The translations under genes were made by a program, and so were the position numbers. Under the pieces are notes generated by a model, which was given only the letters and a program-made list of their open reading frames with translations, made no database searches and was not told where the DNA came from. From NCBI RefSeq assembly GCF_023055435.1, contig NW_025963879.1, positions 23,870,001-23,934,000 of the forward strand: DNA of 64,000 nt. Reading direction: 5' to 3'. Below are positions 1 to 13,038 of the stretch, in pieces (within the stretch, counting starts at the first letter, position 1; every line of letters starts with the position of its first letter). The stretch is from Haliotis rufescens. Taxonomy: Eukaryota.

Positions 1-120
1 CTGGCGATAGAAGTCGAGTGTTCGGGTTTACAAACTGGGTATGTGGGTTTCCTTTCCTCCCAGGCGGTGTATTTAAGAATGTGTAACTTACATGGGTTAT
101 TGTCTAATGGTTACTAACTA

Positions 121-285
121 CAGTAAACTACAGTTATAACGAACTCAAAGGGACCACTAAATTTAGTTCGTTATAACCGTAGTTCGTTATAAGCATATTT
201 ACAGCATATATACAGCAAATGGAAGGGACCAAAAACAATTCGTTATATCCGTTATAAGCATGTTCGTTATAAACGTAGTTTATTG
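121..285. mobile_element. MITE (Tc1/mariner-pogo-like non-autonomous DNA transposon)
   Basis: Imperfect terminal inverted repeats: TA-cagtaaactacagttataacgaac at 121 and gttcgttataaacgtagtttattg ending 285; internal repeats of ttcgttata. Confidence 0.6.
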
Positions 286-699
286 TTTCAATAATCTTTG
301 AATCCATGTAGCATAACTCAACCATCTGTAGATTACCCAAGGTACATATAATATTGAAATAGTCGGTGTCACGACAGTATCAAGTCATATGAATTATGCT
401 CAGCTCAGTTGGTTTGCATGTATACTGATACGGAAAATCAATAGTGCATCCTATTTCCGTCTTGCGAACAGTGCTAACTGAAAGGGAATGTATTGATTCA
501 GGACATCTATTCAGTACCTTCGCCGAGATACTGAACATTACATAATAATTTATACATAATACTTAGGCTATCATATTACTCACAAACGCCTATAAACAAA
601 AGCAAATTTATGTTTCACCAACCATATTTTGCCTACAGAGATAAGTATTAAGTATTATGATGTCCGTCTTTGTCTGTAGATGACCCTTTCGCAAGAGGT

Positions 700-3600
700 A
701 TGGACATTGAAACGGAAGAGACGAGTTTGTCCACCGTTGTCTACAGTGACACAGTAAGATGCTACTTACTTTCTGCAGTGCAGATCATGTTGCATACTTT
801 GTATAACGTGGTCACGTTAGGCGTTCGTGGTTCTATAGATATATAGACTGAGGGGCACAATAGAATATGCCCAGTTTTTTTATGTCATTGGAAATTGAAA
901 GAACTGTTGTTAAATTTGATTATGTAAAAAGTAATCTATGGTAATATTGTGTAAAAATAAATTGGCCCAATGAATCACTGTGGTAGGAAATGAAGTTGAA
1001 ACCACATGACCTCTGTCATGTTTGAAATGTACATTTGTGCTGAAATAAGCACAAATTAGTTCTGTTTAAAGATAAGATATCTAGGATACCCATCAGCAGT
1101 TGTGTATTATGCGAAATTATTATCTTTTTTAATTTTGAAAGTTTTAAATTAAATTATATTTTGAAAGAAGAAAAGTATGGTTGAGTACTGACTAAGCGCC
1201 AGTACAGTTCATTGTTTTAATACTCAAGGTATTTTCAATTGAAAATGAAACATATGATAAAACTAACTGCGAGGTATAGCATCATGTTCAACATACAATG
1301 CTTGGTACAAGATATTAAAAACTTTTTCCAATGTGAAATAGTCTAGCTGTACACACAGACCCGTCTCTGATCAAGCGTTTGCTCGTCATGAGTATAGCCC
1401 GAGTTCGATTCCTTACATGAGGTAATAGCTACATTTTAGGTGTCCCCGCTGAGATGTGGCTAGAATATTGTTGAAAGCAGCTAAAACCATACTCATTCTA
1501 ACAAACTTCAGTAAGATGTCCCAATGCAATATCTTTACAGGCAGAAAACACAAATCCAAATCTCGAAAACGGGAATGTGACGAAACCTCAATGGTCAAAC
1601 AGATTCCAGTCGATCATTGCTGTTCTTGGCTTCTCAGTGGGACTTGGCAACCTGTTGAGGTTCCCGTATGTTTGTCAAAAGAATGGAGGTGGTAGGTATC
1701 AGGTCATCATTTGGATTGTTCCTTTCAAGTGATGGCTGCATCATATGCAGTTTCCCATGTGCGCTACATAAGTTTATCATAAAGCTACCACTAGTTCAGA
1801 TTTCTTTTGTCCCTTCGCCGTGGTGCTGGAGGCATGCTTAAACGGCGTAAAAACCTACTCGTTCGATCATAAACATCATGATAGCCATATCATAAGCATT
1901 CCATGTTTGTATTCCATCTGAATGTAATATGTAGAATGCAAGCTATCGTAACATGAGACTCACTTAATATTTAACCAGCTGTTATATCACAGCTTTTAAC
2001 ATGGATATGTCCGTGATGCTTCTCTCACCTCAATTACAAATTAAATATGGCAATTTATTAATTTTTTGTAAGCTTTTGTATCCCTATTTCTACACAGGAG
2101 CGTTCCTGATTCCTTATGTCATCTCTACTACACTGATAGCTATCCCTCTCTTCATCCTGGAGGTTGCCATCGGTCAGTTTTCTGGCAAAGGCCCCATCAA
2201 GGTTTGGGCAATATGTCCGCTCATGAAAGGTAATGACACTCCTACATCTTGGATAAGGCTTTTGTGACTACTAATGTAAGATCTGGCCCCAGAACGGAAA
2301 TATATTACAACTTGTTTATGACCCACAAACATGGTGCTAAGAAACCTAGAAACATAATCAGAGTGAATCTGCGATTCGAACCCACGATCATAGGTTTCTG
2401 GCGCATCTAAGGGACGCAACTCTTCACACTGAATTGCTGCAACCGTGCATTCAAATCCAAACGGCCTTGGTGTATGGCGGTATTACACTTTCTGTTTCAT
2501 ATGTACTTTTTTATAGTGTTATGATTTATGGGATATAGCGATAACCACACGCACGAAACACATTTAGAAACCTTTCTGACACGAGAACGAGAAAAGGCGA
2601 TTCCGATACATAATATACAAAATTTATGTAGCTACTAAACGGTATGAAAAGAGTAATGTATTTGATGTATTATTCTCCGAAATGCAACTATGTATTCAAA
2701 GGAAACGTCGAAAACTGATGAAATCACAATCTAGAGCATATGCATACATACGAGTCAATTGTTTGCTTCTCATAAATATTCATTGAAACGAGTGAGCAGT
2801 ATCCTTAGGACTATATTACGCAAAATGCACATGTTTCTCTCTACAAATCAGGCTTTTTTCATTACCCTCCCCATGTAGGAAATCTGCTGTCATCTGACAG
2901 AACAAGTGTGACAAGTGACAAGGTATCAATATTCTGGTGCTGGAGTTTTGTTTTGGGCAAATTGCGATTCAGTTACTGCTTCAAGACACAACTAAACAAT
3001 CTGGAGCGGTGGGGAGACACGTTGTTTTCTTTCCGGAATTTACTGGAACAGATCCTCCAACCTCTCGCAGACTATCAAATAGTCGGCCCCTAATGTCAGT
3101 CTGAAAGTTGTAAGCGTGCGTCTGGACGATTTGTCTTCTTCTTTGACAATGTTTAACCTATTTATAAAGCGCCAATAATTCTAGGACAAAATGAAGCGTT
3201 GAATAGCATCTAGAAGAAACGACGTTGTGGTCATTTTAGTCCAAGAGCGTGTGCTCTTATTTGAAACGTGGTCAAGTTCGGAAACATTAACTTCCTGATT
3301 TACCTAATTTGTGTAATATGTTAAGAATAAATTATTGATATTCTCAAAAATTGCATTATTCAGGAAAATCATCTGGGCAACTTCTGAACCAAGGTATTAA
3401 TGGACAAAGAAGTCTTTGAAAGGTAGTTGGAAGTTAGAAGTTGGAAGAACATGAATACATGACACCTTTTGTGGATAAGAAATTCTTGTATTCCTTGTAA
3501 CGATGTTTAATAGTTATTTCCTGATGAAGGGCCAAGAGGTAGCACTGAAGCGTCGTAAGTTGTTATCCATAAGAAGTGTCATGCATCATGGGACAGTATA

Positions 3601-6600
3601 TCACTGATCAACTCAACAATCCGTCTGTGATATTTTACGTTACAGTTTCACATTCCACATTTCTAGGTATTGGCGCCTGCATCCTGTCAATTTCGTGCAT
3701 GGTCATCCCCTGCTACGGCGTGGTGTTTGCCTGGACCCTCTACTACATCTACAACTCCTTCTCCACAGTCCTGCCCTGGACAACCTGTGGCAACTCATGG
3801 AACACACCGCGATGTATTGCTGTAGGAGACACACGACGAAACAGCTCCATGTATGCACAGTTAAAACCTGTTCAAGCCATCAACACTACAGAATATCGAC
3901 ATGACGGAATTGGTTATAAGAATATTAACACAACCGAAAGGGTATCAAATGCGTTTGATCATACCTCAACTGAACAGTTTTTTCAGTGAGTATATTTACA
4001 ATATTATGTACATTCAGGCAGGACATGAATCCATGTTCATGCAATGCTTGCCCTATATTATAATACACACATTCAGGCAGAAAGGGAGCTGATACTCACT
4101 AAATACTGACCATGTTTTAAGTTAGTGATTCGTCAAATCAGGCTTATGATTTAGTCGGAATCGTACAATGGAGCGCAAATATTCCTTTTTGTACTGAAAT
4201 GATTAAAGCGTTAAGAAACGAGTGAGTGAAATAATGTTTGTTTAATGCCGCGCATAGAAATATTGCAGCTATATCACATAAGGTATCGAGTCTGGACCAG
4301 GGCCCACTTGCACAAAGCAATCATAGCGCTAAGACTACCGTAAACCTATGTTAAAGTTTGGACGTTACAATCATCTTAGGGCCCAGGTTACAAAATATGC
4401 TGACTGCATGAGCATGTGTCCAGGCAGTCGGGATACCATAATATACAACCTGCCTTGTAACACATTGTTACCAACCGATTCTCAGTAGGTAGCGTTTACA
4501 GCATCATGAATGCGACCAGAATGCAAACAGGATAATTAGACTATGAACACATCTTTCTGGGAATGCACTTAATCCTCCATCAGTTGAAAGTCTTCGACAA
4601 TTAATCTGAATGAATAAGAACATGAATAAGAACATCATGCGTTTTTACAAAAAAGGCGTTGACATCACTCAAATCAGGACTGGACAGCACAGTGGTCGAA
4701 GGCGACGTGTTTCGCTGTGCTAAGCTGCGTCCACCGGTTGATCCACTGAATAATATATACGAATACACCTTATCCCCAATATCTGTGCTCGTGGTTGTCA
4801 AAACTGGTAACGTCTACAGCTGTGCTTTCTTTCACATTACTTGAAATACAGTCACTTAAGGTTGGTCTTTTGATCTAATAAAGTAGAAATGGCAATATTC
4901 AAAGTTGTAACTTACAGTACAGTAATGCATTCATTTAAGTTATTGTGACAGCGTGCATCCACGAATCTGCATTAATAGAGTTTGACAGACTCTATGGTTG
5001 TTGTGAAATGCTTTGTTCAGCTTTTGTTTAATTTTGGGTCGGCAGAATCAGTCTGTAATTGTGGGAAACAACTTATGTCATCACCTTTTCCTTTTATGTA
5101 TGTGTGGAGGTGGAATTATTTATCCAGCACATCTTTTGAATTCTTGATATATTTTATTTGTTGTGTTTGTTCTTCTGAATTAGTATAATTCTGTTATACG
5201 TCATTCATATTGTTGTAATTCCTTTCCAATTTGACGTTTGAATATTCAATGATAAAGCATTTCAACAGCACAGTTATCCAGACAATGATGTATGTGTCAT
5301 TATTCTCCAGGTATAAAGCTCTAGGTGTTTCGTCAGGGATAGAAGACCTCGGCTCCATGCAAGCTCATCTCGTCATCTGCTGGTTAATCACGTGTGTTGC
5401 CATATTCCTTTGTATCGTAAAGGGAATCAAATCGTTCGGGAAGGTAACAACACATGTTGTACAGTTTGTGATTGTCTTTTGTGTCATACGCATGGACTAT
5501 TATTTTCAAAACAAAATCCAATTAATTTGGAAACAAATGTTTTAACTGGTCTTCCTTGTTACCAGATTGTCAGCAGCATCTTTGTAAACGTCTGCTCTCT
5601 AAATGCATAAATATTCTAGAAATTCAGTCCTTTTTCAGCAGTGATGACGATCCAACCATGAATAGGACCATGTCTGTTGTATTGGGTAAACAATTTGCTC
5701 GAATAAGGCAGATATTTTATTCAAGTGAAATGTGGTATACGAGGCTCGACAGATATGCCCCTTTATCTTGTATGTTACATTTTAACGGTGAACATACTCA
5801 CTCTGCCAGTTTGTGATCATTAGTCTTCCATCTTTGAAGAACCATTATCTGGTATTTGGGCACAGTGTATACCGGCTTAACATTAATCTTGATGACAGCA
5901 CATGGTAACAGCTTGAAGTTTTAGTTTGATTTGGATTTACTGTCTATTTGGATATTCTGAACAACAAAAGTCAGGGATCATGAATATGTTTTGGGACATT
6001 TTTGTAATGAAATTTTGTGCTCTTCACTTTAAAAAACGTATTCCTCCAAATACTGATGACCCCTACCTTTTTCGTGAAGTAAATGTGACTTTGGAACATA
6101 AATATGTATAGTGAAATGTAGAATCGACTGCATCTTTCCTTGCATCACTCATGTATGTTAATTTTTTATCAACCGTCTTTACCAATGTCACTGTCTAAAT
6201 CTTTGTAGTTCAGGTATGCAGCTTATCAGTCATTTGTCCGATCAAGCACTCATCATGATATGTCTTTATTTGTAACTGCCAACAGGTGTTGTATGTAACA
6301 GCGTTGATGCCATACGTCCTACTGCTGGTGTTGCTGGTGAGGTCGTGCATGATGCCGGGTGCTGTGGATGGGATTCTCTTCTATCTCACTCCAGATTTCA
6401 CCCTCCTTCAGCATCCTCAGGTGTGCGGAGGTCACGATTCTACGATGCATGCTTTCATTTGTTTCATGAAATGTTAGATCAATCTTTCAATTTAAATATT
6501 TGAAAGCATTTGTTTTACTATTTCTCTGACAGATATACAGAAAGTGCATGCTAAAGTGAAGTAAATAACATCGAATGAGGTCAATAGTCATGTGGAATTT

Positions 6601-9600
6601 CCTGGCATAAATTAATGCTTAACCACTGTTTAGTGTGGTTGAGGCATTTTAGATATAATCTGTTTGTGGAAATGGTTGAAAACATTCACTACTAACAGGC
6701 AATCACGGATACTTGGAAGTAGAATGTGGACAAGGCTTCCGACGTCGGATCAGAAAGTCCGTTTTTCGAACCCCATCACCGGAAGTTTATGGCCACTAAA
6801 TTGGCCCAGCCTGACGTGGGCAAAATACGTCTCAGTGCCACACTATGCGGCCTTCTGTTGACGGGAAAGTATGTAGCAGGGCGTGGGGTCATCCCACAGA
6901 TGACCCACTTGTACCTTGTCAGCTTGATAACAGGGGTTAACCTCTTTGGTCATGTGGACAAGGCGTCCGACCTCGGATCAGAAGGTCCGTGGTTCGAATC
7001 CAATCATATACGTCAGTTCTTATTCTACTTTCTTTCTGTTTCTTCAGGTGTGGCTTGAAGCTCTGGTTCAAGTGTTCTTCTCAGTTGGTACAACCTGGGG
7101 TGTCATTATTGCCATGGCAGGACACAATTGTTTTCATGCAAATGTTATCAGGTACATTTCCTTCTCACTTTGTATGATGCAGGACATGTGAGATGAAACG
7201 TACAGGCACATAGTGACCAACGAAGTGAAACACACGAGCAAAGTTGTAGAACAAATATGGAATTTGGAACTCATGTCATGGTTAAAGGACGCAAGCCTGC
7301 ACAATAAATTGCTCCACGTCAGACGATTAGGCCACCCGTGCCCCAGATTTCAGTGAAGGAGAATATATTAAAATAATCATCAGTATGACAAAGGATCATG
7401 GCATTTAACATCACACTGTTACACATCACAAATTTTGAGCTCATGGTACGTTGTAAAAACAAAACAAAAGTGACCTTTCCTTTTTTCACAAAGATAAAGA
7501 TTCAATGATCATTGTTTTGTCATCAGCCACAATTGGCCAACAAATCTTATACAAATTTTGATCAAATATTTGGTTGTCACCATGAGCAACGATCGTCCTT
7601 CAAAGTATGATGCCATACATTCAGCCAGGTCACACAGTTAAACCATCAAACCATTCTTTGCCACTTTTAGTTACAGCCATGGGGTATTGCCGACCATTGC
7701 TGCTATGGAATCCTAACCTTGGTCACTCAAGATCATCAAGTGTTCCCTTCACTGGGGGCATACCATCATTATAGATGTAATGCATGTCGTGATAAAACAT
7801 GCAACGAAATTAAGAAAGTTTTCAAAATACAGGGACCCTATCATCGTGACGGTGATTGGCGAATTGACGAGTGTATTTGCTGGCTTTGTGGTCTTCGCGA
7901 CAGTTGGGTTCCTGGCTCATGATCTACAACTACCTGTAGCTGACGTCATCACTCCAGGTGAATAAGCCTGGTATATTGACAAAATCGTAATACTCTGAAT
8001 AATAGCTTTGAATAATGTTACTCACAGTGTACGAAACAGGTCATGACATTGATTCATCATGAAGCTATCAGCTCTTTGAAAGGCATTTAGACGTGATTCA
8101 CATAAGGAAGAGAATATATGGAAGTCAACTTCTTTATTATGAGGAACACAACGTTTCGGAGTAAATGCTTACTCCTTCATCACCTGATATATACACCGAA
8201 ACGTTGTGTTCTTCATAATAAAGAAGTTGACATCCATATATTCTCCTCCTTATGATGAGGGTTGTTGGAGACATGATTGTGAAGACTACCAATCACATTT
8301 AGGGTTGAATACAATATCTTACTGATGCCTTGAAGGAACTGTTCCAACAAGCACCAGCTCAACAAACCTGGTTAATGAATACATTCCATCAGGATCAAAA
8401 TGTCATTACAGGGATTTAATTATAATTATGTTAAGAGACATGTTCGTGAAGGTTTCCCTGTTGTTTTTATTCGCGGTTTGTGTTGTAGTTTGAATGTCCA
8501 GTACACCGCTTACATGTCTTTGGCATCACGTATGCTGTTCATGCAGGTCCTGGCATTGCCTTCATCATCTACCCAGAAGCAGTTGCACTACTGCCACTAC
8601 CTCAGCTGTGGTCTGTCCTGTTCTTCACTACAATGCTGATGATGTCCGTCGACTCAGTGGTAACAAACCACAGTAATATATGATAGGCTAACTCTGATAA
8701 AGCAATACATAGTCATTTCCCTCTTTAGCTTTATTGGTCCCCACTACCTCGTGCTTGTCGTAGGAACCGACTAAGTGAGTGGTCAGGCTATGTGGTTGCT
8801 CTCGTGCCTTGATGATGTGGGTCGATAGTTATGCCCTCAGTCCCTGGTTAACTGGGACGAGGCTCGATCATTTACTTGATGTTGCTGTTGTGGCTGGAAT
8901 ATTGCTGAGATTTGCGTTAACATTATTCACAATTCACTCACATATTCATATCTCTGTAAAACAGCAAGGATATGTTTTTTTTAAAACTAAATAAGCACAC
9001 GTTTCATTGCTAAGTTGAATACAGTTCATTTGAACTCCCCAATGTGTTATTATTGCTTGCACTGAACCGAAAGGAGATGTGTCTTTCAACAGGCTGGAAA
9101 CGTCGAAACAGCTATTGATTGCATAGAAGACATTCTGCCACGGCGGTATCACATCAGACCTGTCATCGCTGCTGTCTTCATGGGGGCCATGTTCCTTGCT
9201 GGCCTTGTTTTTACCACCAACGTAAGCTTTCTCTTATCAAACAGTACCAGTGCATACATTGGGCATTTATAAAGACAAAACGTCCGCTTTGTTCTGGAGA
9301 TAAATGGCTAAATTTACATTAAATATCTTGAAACGAAATATTCATATTCATATTTATGTTTCTATAATGGAAACAGGTGAGTTTTTTATAACAGTTCCTG
9401 AAATTGCCCATAAGCAAAACTGTATTGTACAATAGTCCATCTGGTAGCTTTCAGAAAATTCGAGTTATATATAAATGAATGATTTTTGGAAAACTTTGGC
9501 GTGATGATATGTGTATATATTTAATAATACTGTCGCCCAAAAATAAAGGGAAGTTTAGATGACTTTGCACATATTCCAGGGTGGAGTCTACGTGTTCCAG

Positions 9601-12600
9601 CTGGTCGACTGGTACATGGGAACAATGGCCTGTTTCGTCATGGCCATTCTTGAATGTGTGATTGTTGGCTGGTGTTACGGTATTTTAAAATCAAATTATT
9701 TACACAACCTTTGTCATGTATGTTCACTCGTCAAGCTCAGTGTTAAGCTGTTTAGTGCAATATATGATCTGCTGCCACTGTGACGCTGGCACCTCAAAAT
9801 GCACCAGTCGGTTTCAAGGAAGTTGCGTGTCAGCTTAATGTGAGAGGAATGCCCGAAGTCATGCAGGTCTCATACGTTTACCACTTCGGTGAAACCCACG
9901 AGCACGGATATGGTGCTGACAAACCTAGAAACATAATCGGTGCGAACCGGGATTCGAACCCACAATCATAGGTTTCTGGCGTGCCCAAGGGACACAACAC
10001 TGCACAGCGAATCGCGGCGTCTTAGACGACCGGGCCACTCGTGCCTCCNNNNNNNNNNNNNNNNNNNNNNNNNNNNNNNNNNNNNNNNNNNNNNNNNNNN
10101 NNNNNNNNNNNNNNNNNNNNNNNNNNNNNNNNNNNNNNNNNNNNNNNNNNNNNNNNNNNNNNNNNNNNNNNNNNNNNNNNNNNNNNNNNNNNNNNNNNNN
10201 NNNNNNNNNNNNNNNGCATTGCTATGTCCTGATTGTACATCGTCTGGAGCGTGTTACAAATTCATACATTTTCTTAGTTTCAAAGCATGATAAATGAACA
10301 CAGATACATTTCTCGCAGTTTCTGTATTATTATTATCATATGTTGTTGACGCTTTATCCCTGTGCATGTTGACAGGTGCTGAACGTTTCTCATCTGACGT
10401 GGAGGCCATGATCGGGAAACGCCTGCCTGTAGTCTACAAGATAGTGTGCTTCACCATCCTCCCAGTTGTGTTAACTGTAGGTGTTGGAGGACATTAATAT
10501 CTCAATAACAACTGTAGGCAACGAATGTACACATTCCTCTTCCAAAGGTTGGATTTGTCATCTAGTCACACAAATATACTGAATCAGAATAAACTGAAGG
10601 TTTTGAGCGAATTTGGCTCATGTCTAATATGCAAAGGTTTTTGACATTGAGGAACCTTTATGGTTTTTATGAACTAGGGTTATTTCTTTCAGCACTTCGT
10701 GACATAAGAAAGGCAAGGTCTTGGCCACTCAATGAAGAAAATAATATTAAAACTGTATCATGTATTGCCAGTTACTTTTGCACATTTACTGGTACAATCC
10801 TTTGATTTGTATTTTGTCATACGACTCTTGCATGTAAGTTGTCTGATCAAGGTTACAACATTCAAGGCCTCAGTAACGGTTTCCAATTTTTTTAGGGTAG
10901 ACAAATTTGACGCATAAGTGACAAAAATGATACAATTCCCTATTTCTACTTGTATCATGTGTTTCAATGTTTTTACAGGTGTACAATTTACTTGGTACAT
11001 CACTATTTGATAATGGTTCATAAACACGTGCTCATGATATAGTCGGTATCGTATTCATCAGATATTTGTGATGAATATAGAAAGGGTTTTGTGGCTCTTA
11101 TTTGCAGGTTTGTTAAGATGTTGAATGGAGGTGTTGGCGAAGGGGCTGCTTCTGTATTCGACAGTACTTGCAGACACATGTTGTGTTGATTTATCTGTGT
11201 GACAATTTCATGATCAAGGCAGTCATCATGAACTGACCACATCCTTCAAGGACCCGTGAAGATGCGGGATAGAATAGGTCTTCAGCAACCCATGCTTGCC
11301 GTAAAAGGCGACTTTGCTTGTCGTAAGAGGCGACTAAAGGGATCGAGTGGTCAGGCTCGCTGACTTGGTTGATGCATGTCATCGTATCCCAAATGCGTGG
11401 ATCGATGCATATGATGTCAATAACTGGATCGTCTGGTTCAGAGTCGATTTTTCACAGACCGCCGTCATATAGCTGGAATATTGCTGAGTGCGGCGTTAAA
11501 CAATATACAAACAAAACATCCTTTCAGGTTGCTTTGGTTTCGACTCTGGCTTCCTACAAGCCGCCAACATATGGCGAGTATGACTACCCCAAGGTCGCTG
11601 TTGTCGTCGGCTGGTTTATTGCTCTGGTGACCATCGTTCCTATCCCAGTTACCATGGTGATACAAGTACTCATGAAGGAAGGATCCCTGAGTCAGGTATG
11701 TGTCAACCCTTGACACACTTGGAAGTTTAGATGTTGAATGAAAATTGTCACAAAGTTTAAAACAGCAAACAGTGGGTATTTCGTGATTTGCTCAGTTGAT
11801 TAATTCTACCTCTGGAGTCAAACTCTTCGTACTCAATGCAAACAGTCAAATTAGATTTGCAATGATGATCTCTTAGGGATCACCTCAAGAGGCCAGTAAT
11901 TTGATAACTTACCTGGGGCAACCGGGTGGGCAACCGGGTTAGTATTGGTTAAAAGCGACTAACGGGATCGGGTAGTCTTAGTGAAGACGATGAAGCATGT
12001 CATCGTACCCCAATTGCCTAGATCGATGCTCATGATATCAATCATTATAGAGTCTGGTCCAGACTCGATTATTTAGAGACCACCGCCATGTTGCTGTGGA
12101 TATTGCGGAGTTTAACAACAAAGGGATGTAGGATATAAAAAAGGGATGTTTGTTCATGACAGAATATGGTATCGGGTTGATATTGACCACAAAAATCGGG
12201 GTTGTATCTCTGGAAAGGAAAGCCAAACCAGTTTTGGATCCCACAACGCATTTCTTTTCAAAGCATCCTGCATGACCAGTGACCGATTAATTTTGTATGG
12301 TTGAGTCACAGGACAAATTATTGTTTTAAAGAATTTTTGCTAACATCATGAATTTGTTTTTTCAAACGTCTCACTTGAAAATTACGCTTGTTTGCTTTAT
12401 TATCAGTTTTGTCATTTCAGTAATTTGAATATCAACTGGTTCATAAAGAAATATGTAAAATATATAAACCGCTCTTGGACTGACAGATTGTCATTATGAT
12501 GAACGTTATCTTCTTACATATATAAGTAATGGTTCTACGAGTTTCAGAGCTAAGGGGGCGGTCGGGTAGCCTAGTGGTTAAAGCGTTCGCTCGTCACACC

Positions 12601-13038
12601 GAAGATTTCATTTTTGGTGTCCCCCGCCGTGATGTTACTGGAATATTGCCAAAAGCGGCGTAAAACCATACTCACTCACTCCCTTCAGAGCCAAGGAAGC
12701 ATATGGAATTTACATTACAAGCCGCCGGTCAGGCTGGATACGCTCTGGTCACCTTTTCACGAACATCTGATATCATAACAAGTTTAAAGTGTTTCATAAA
12801 TACATGCGTAGGATAGTCACTTTTCCTGATGTTTCTCAATTTCATATATTGAACTTTATTCCCATTTCATCCTTCAATGTTTCATTATCTCTTACCTGCT
12901 GCAAATGTGTTTCAGCGTGTGAAATCAGCCATGAAGCCAAGCTCTAGTTGGCCAGGCACCAGAGTGCGACATGGGAGGAGGAAGACGATGGAGGCGATGA
13001 AGGACAACTTTCTGTTTATTATCGGACTGAAAAAATAA
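700..13038 (+). CDS. SLC6 / neurotransmitter:sodium symporter (NSS) family transporter, amino-acid-transporter type, 14 coding exons, ~628 aa
   Basis: Exons assembled by hand with GT-AG boundaries and consistent phases: 700-753, 1541-1691, 2098-2229, 3667-3985, 5311-5443, 6286-6420, 7048-7151, 7833-7957, 8547-8659, 9093-9221, 9580-9679, 10376-10476, 11528-11695, 12916-13038 (total 1887 nt, open). NSS motifs: [114 protein letters not shown]. First and last exons are least certain; an acceptor AG at 678-679 allows a further upstream exon. Orthologue not assignable by eye. Confidence 0.92.
1372..1498 (+). mobile_element. Degenerate tRNA-derived SINE, same family as 12556-12683
   Basis: aagcgtttgctcgtca...gagttcgattcc (B box)...ggtgtccccgc...gaatattg...taaaaccatactca matches 12556-12683; a further fragment lies near 1800-1865. 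Confidence 0.65.
2331..2445 (-). mobile_element. tRNA-derived SINE fragment, paralogous to 9910-10048
   Basis: atggtgct..aaacctagaaacataatc...gattcgaacccac.atcataggtttctggcg is shared with 9910-10020; B-box-like ggttcgaatc on the minus strand. Confidence 0.55.
6722..7012 (+). mobile_element. SINE with tRNA-Arg(TCG)-like head followed by a second head
   Basis: Two copies (~6726-6780 and ~6954-7005) of gtggacaaggc.tccgac.tcggatcagaa.gtccgt..ttcgaa.cc, resembling the tRNA-Arg(TCG) D-arm to T-arm; no intact acceptor stem. Confidence 0.6.
8101..8254. repeat. Long inverted repeat (~59-bp arms) resembling Penelope-like element termini, with a degenerate hammerhead core
   Basis: Arms at 8101-8159 and 8196-8254 are near-perfect reverse complements. 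Minus strand reads gtgatgaa-ggagtaa-gcat-ttactcc-gaaacgttg. Confidence 0.6.
9910..10048 (-). mobile_element. tRNA-derived SINE abutting the assembly gap
   Basis: Minus strand has A-box-like agtggcccggtcgtctaagacg and B box gggttcgaatccc; homologous to 2331-2445. Confidence 0.55.
10049..10215. other. Assembly gap (167 N) inside an SLC6 intron
   Basis: Run of n; the flanking exons join in frame. Confidence 0.99.
11251..11515 (+). mobile_element. SINE-like retroposon (family A) with target-site duplication
   Basis: gacccgtgaagat...gcttgtcgtaagaggcgact...ctggaatattgctgagtgcggcgttaaac + (caaa)n tail; flanked by acatccttcaag / acatcctttcag. Related copies at ~4230-4300 (-), ~8750-8940, ~11950-12120 and in the array. 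Confidence 0.8.
12556..12683 (+). mobile_element. tRNA-derived SINE (internally deleted) with 13-bp TSD
   Basis: A box gggtagcctagtggttaaagcg; (actc)n tail; TSD ttcagagctaagg (12543-12555) / ttcagagccaagg (12684-12696). Confidence 0.75.

Noticed and set aside
2900-3560. Possible Penelope GIY-YIG tail in SLC6 intron 3
   Set aside because: Only faint motif similarity; cannot be supported without a search.
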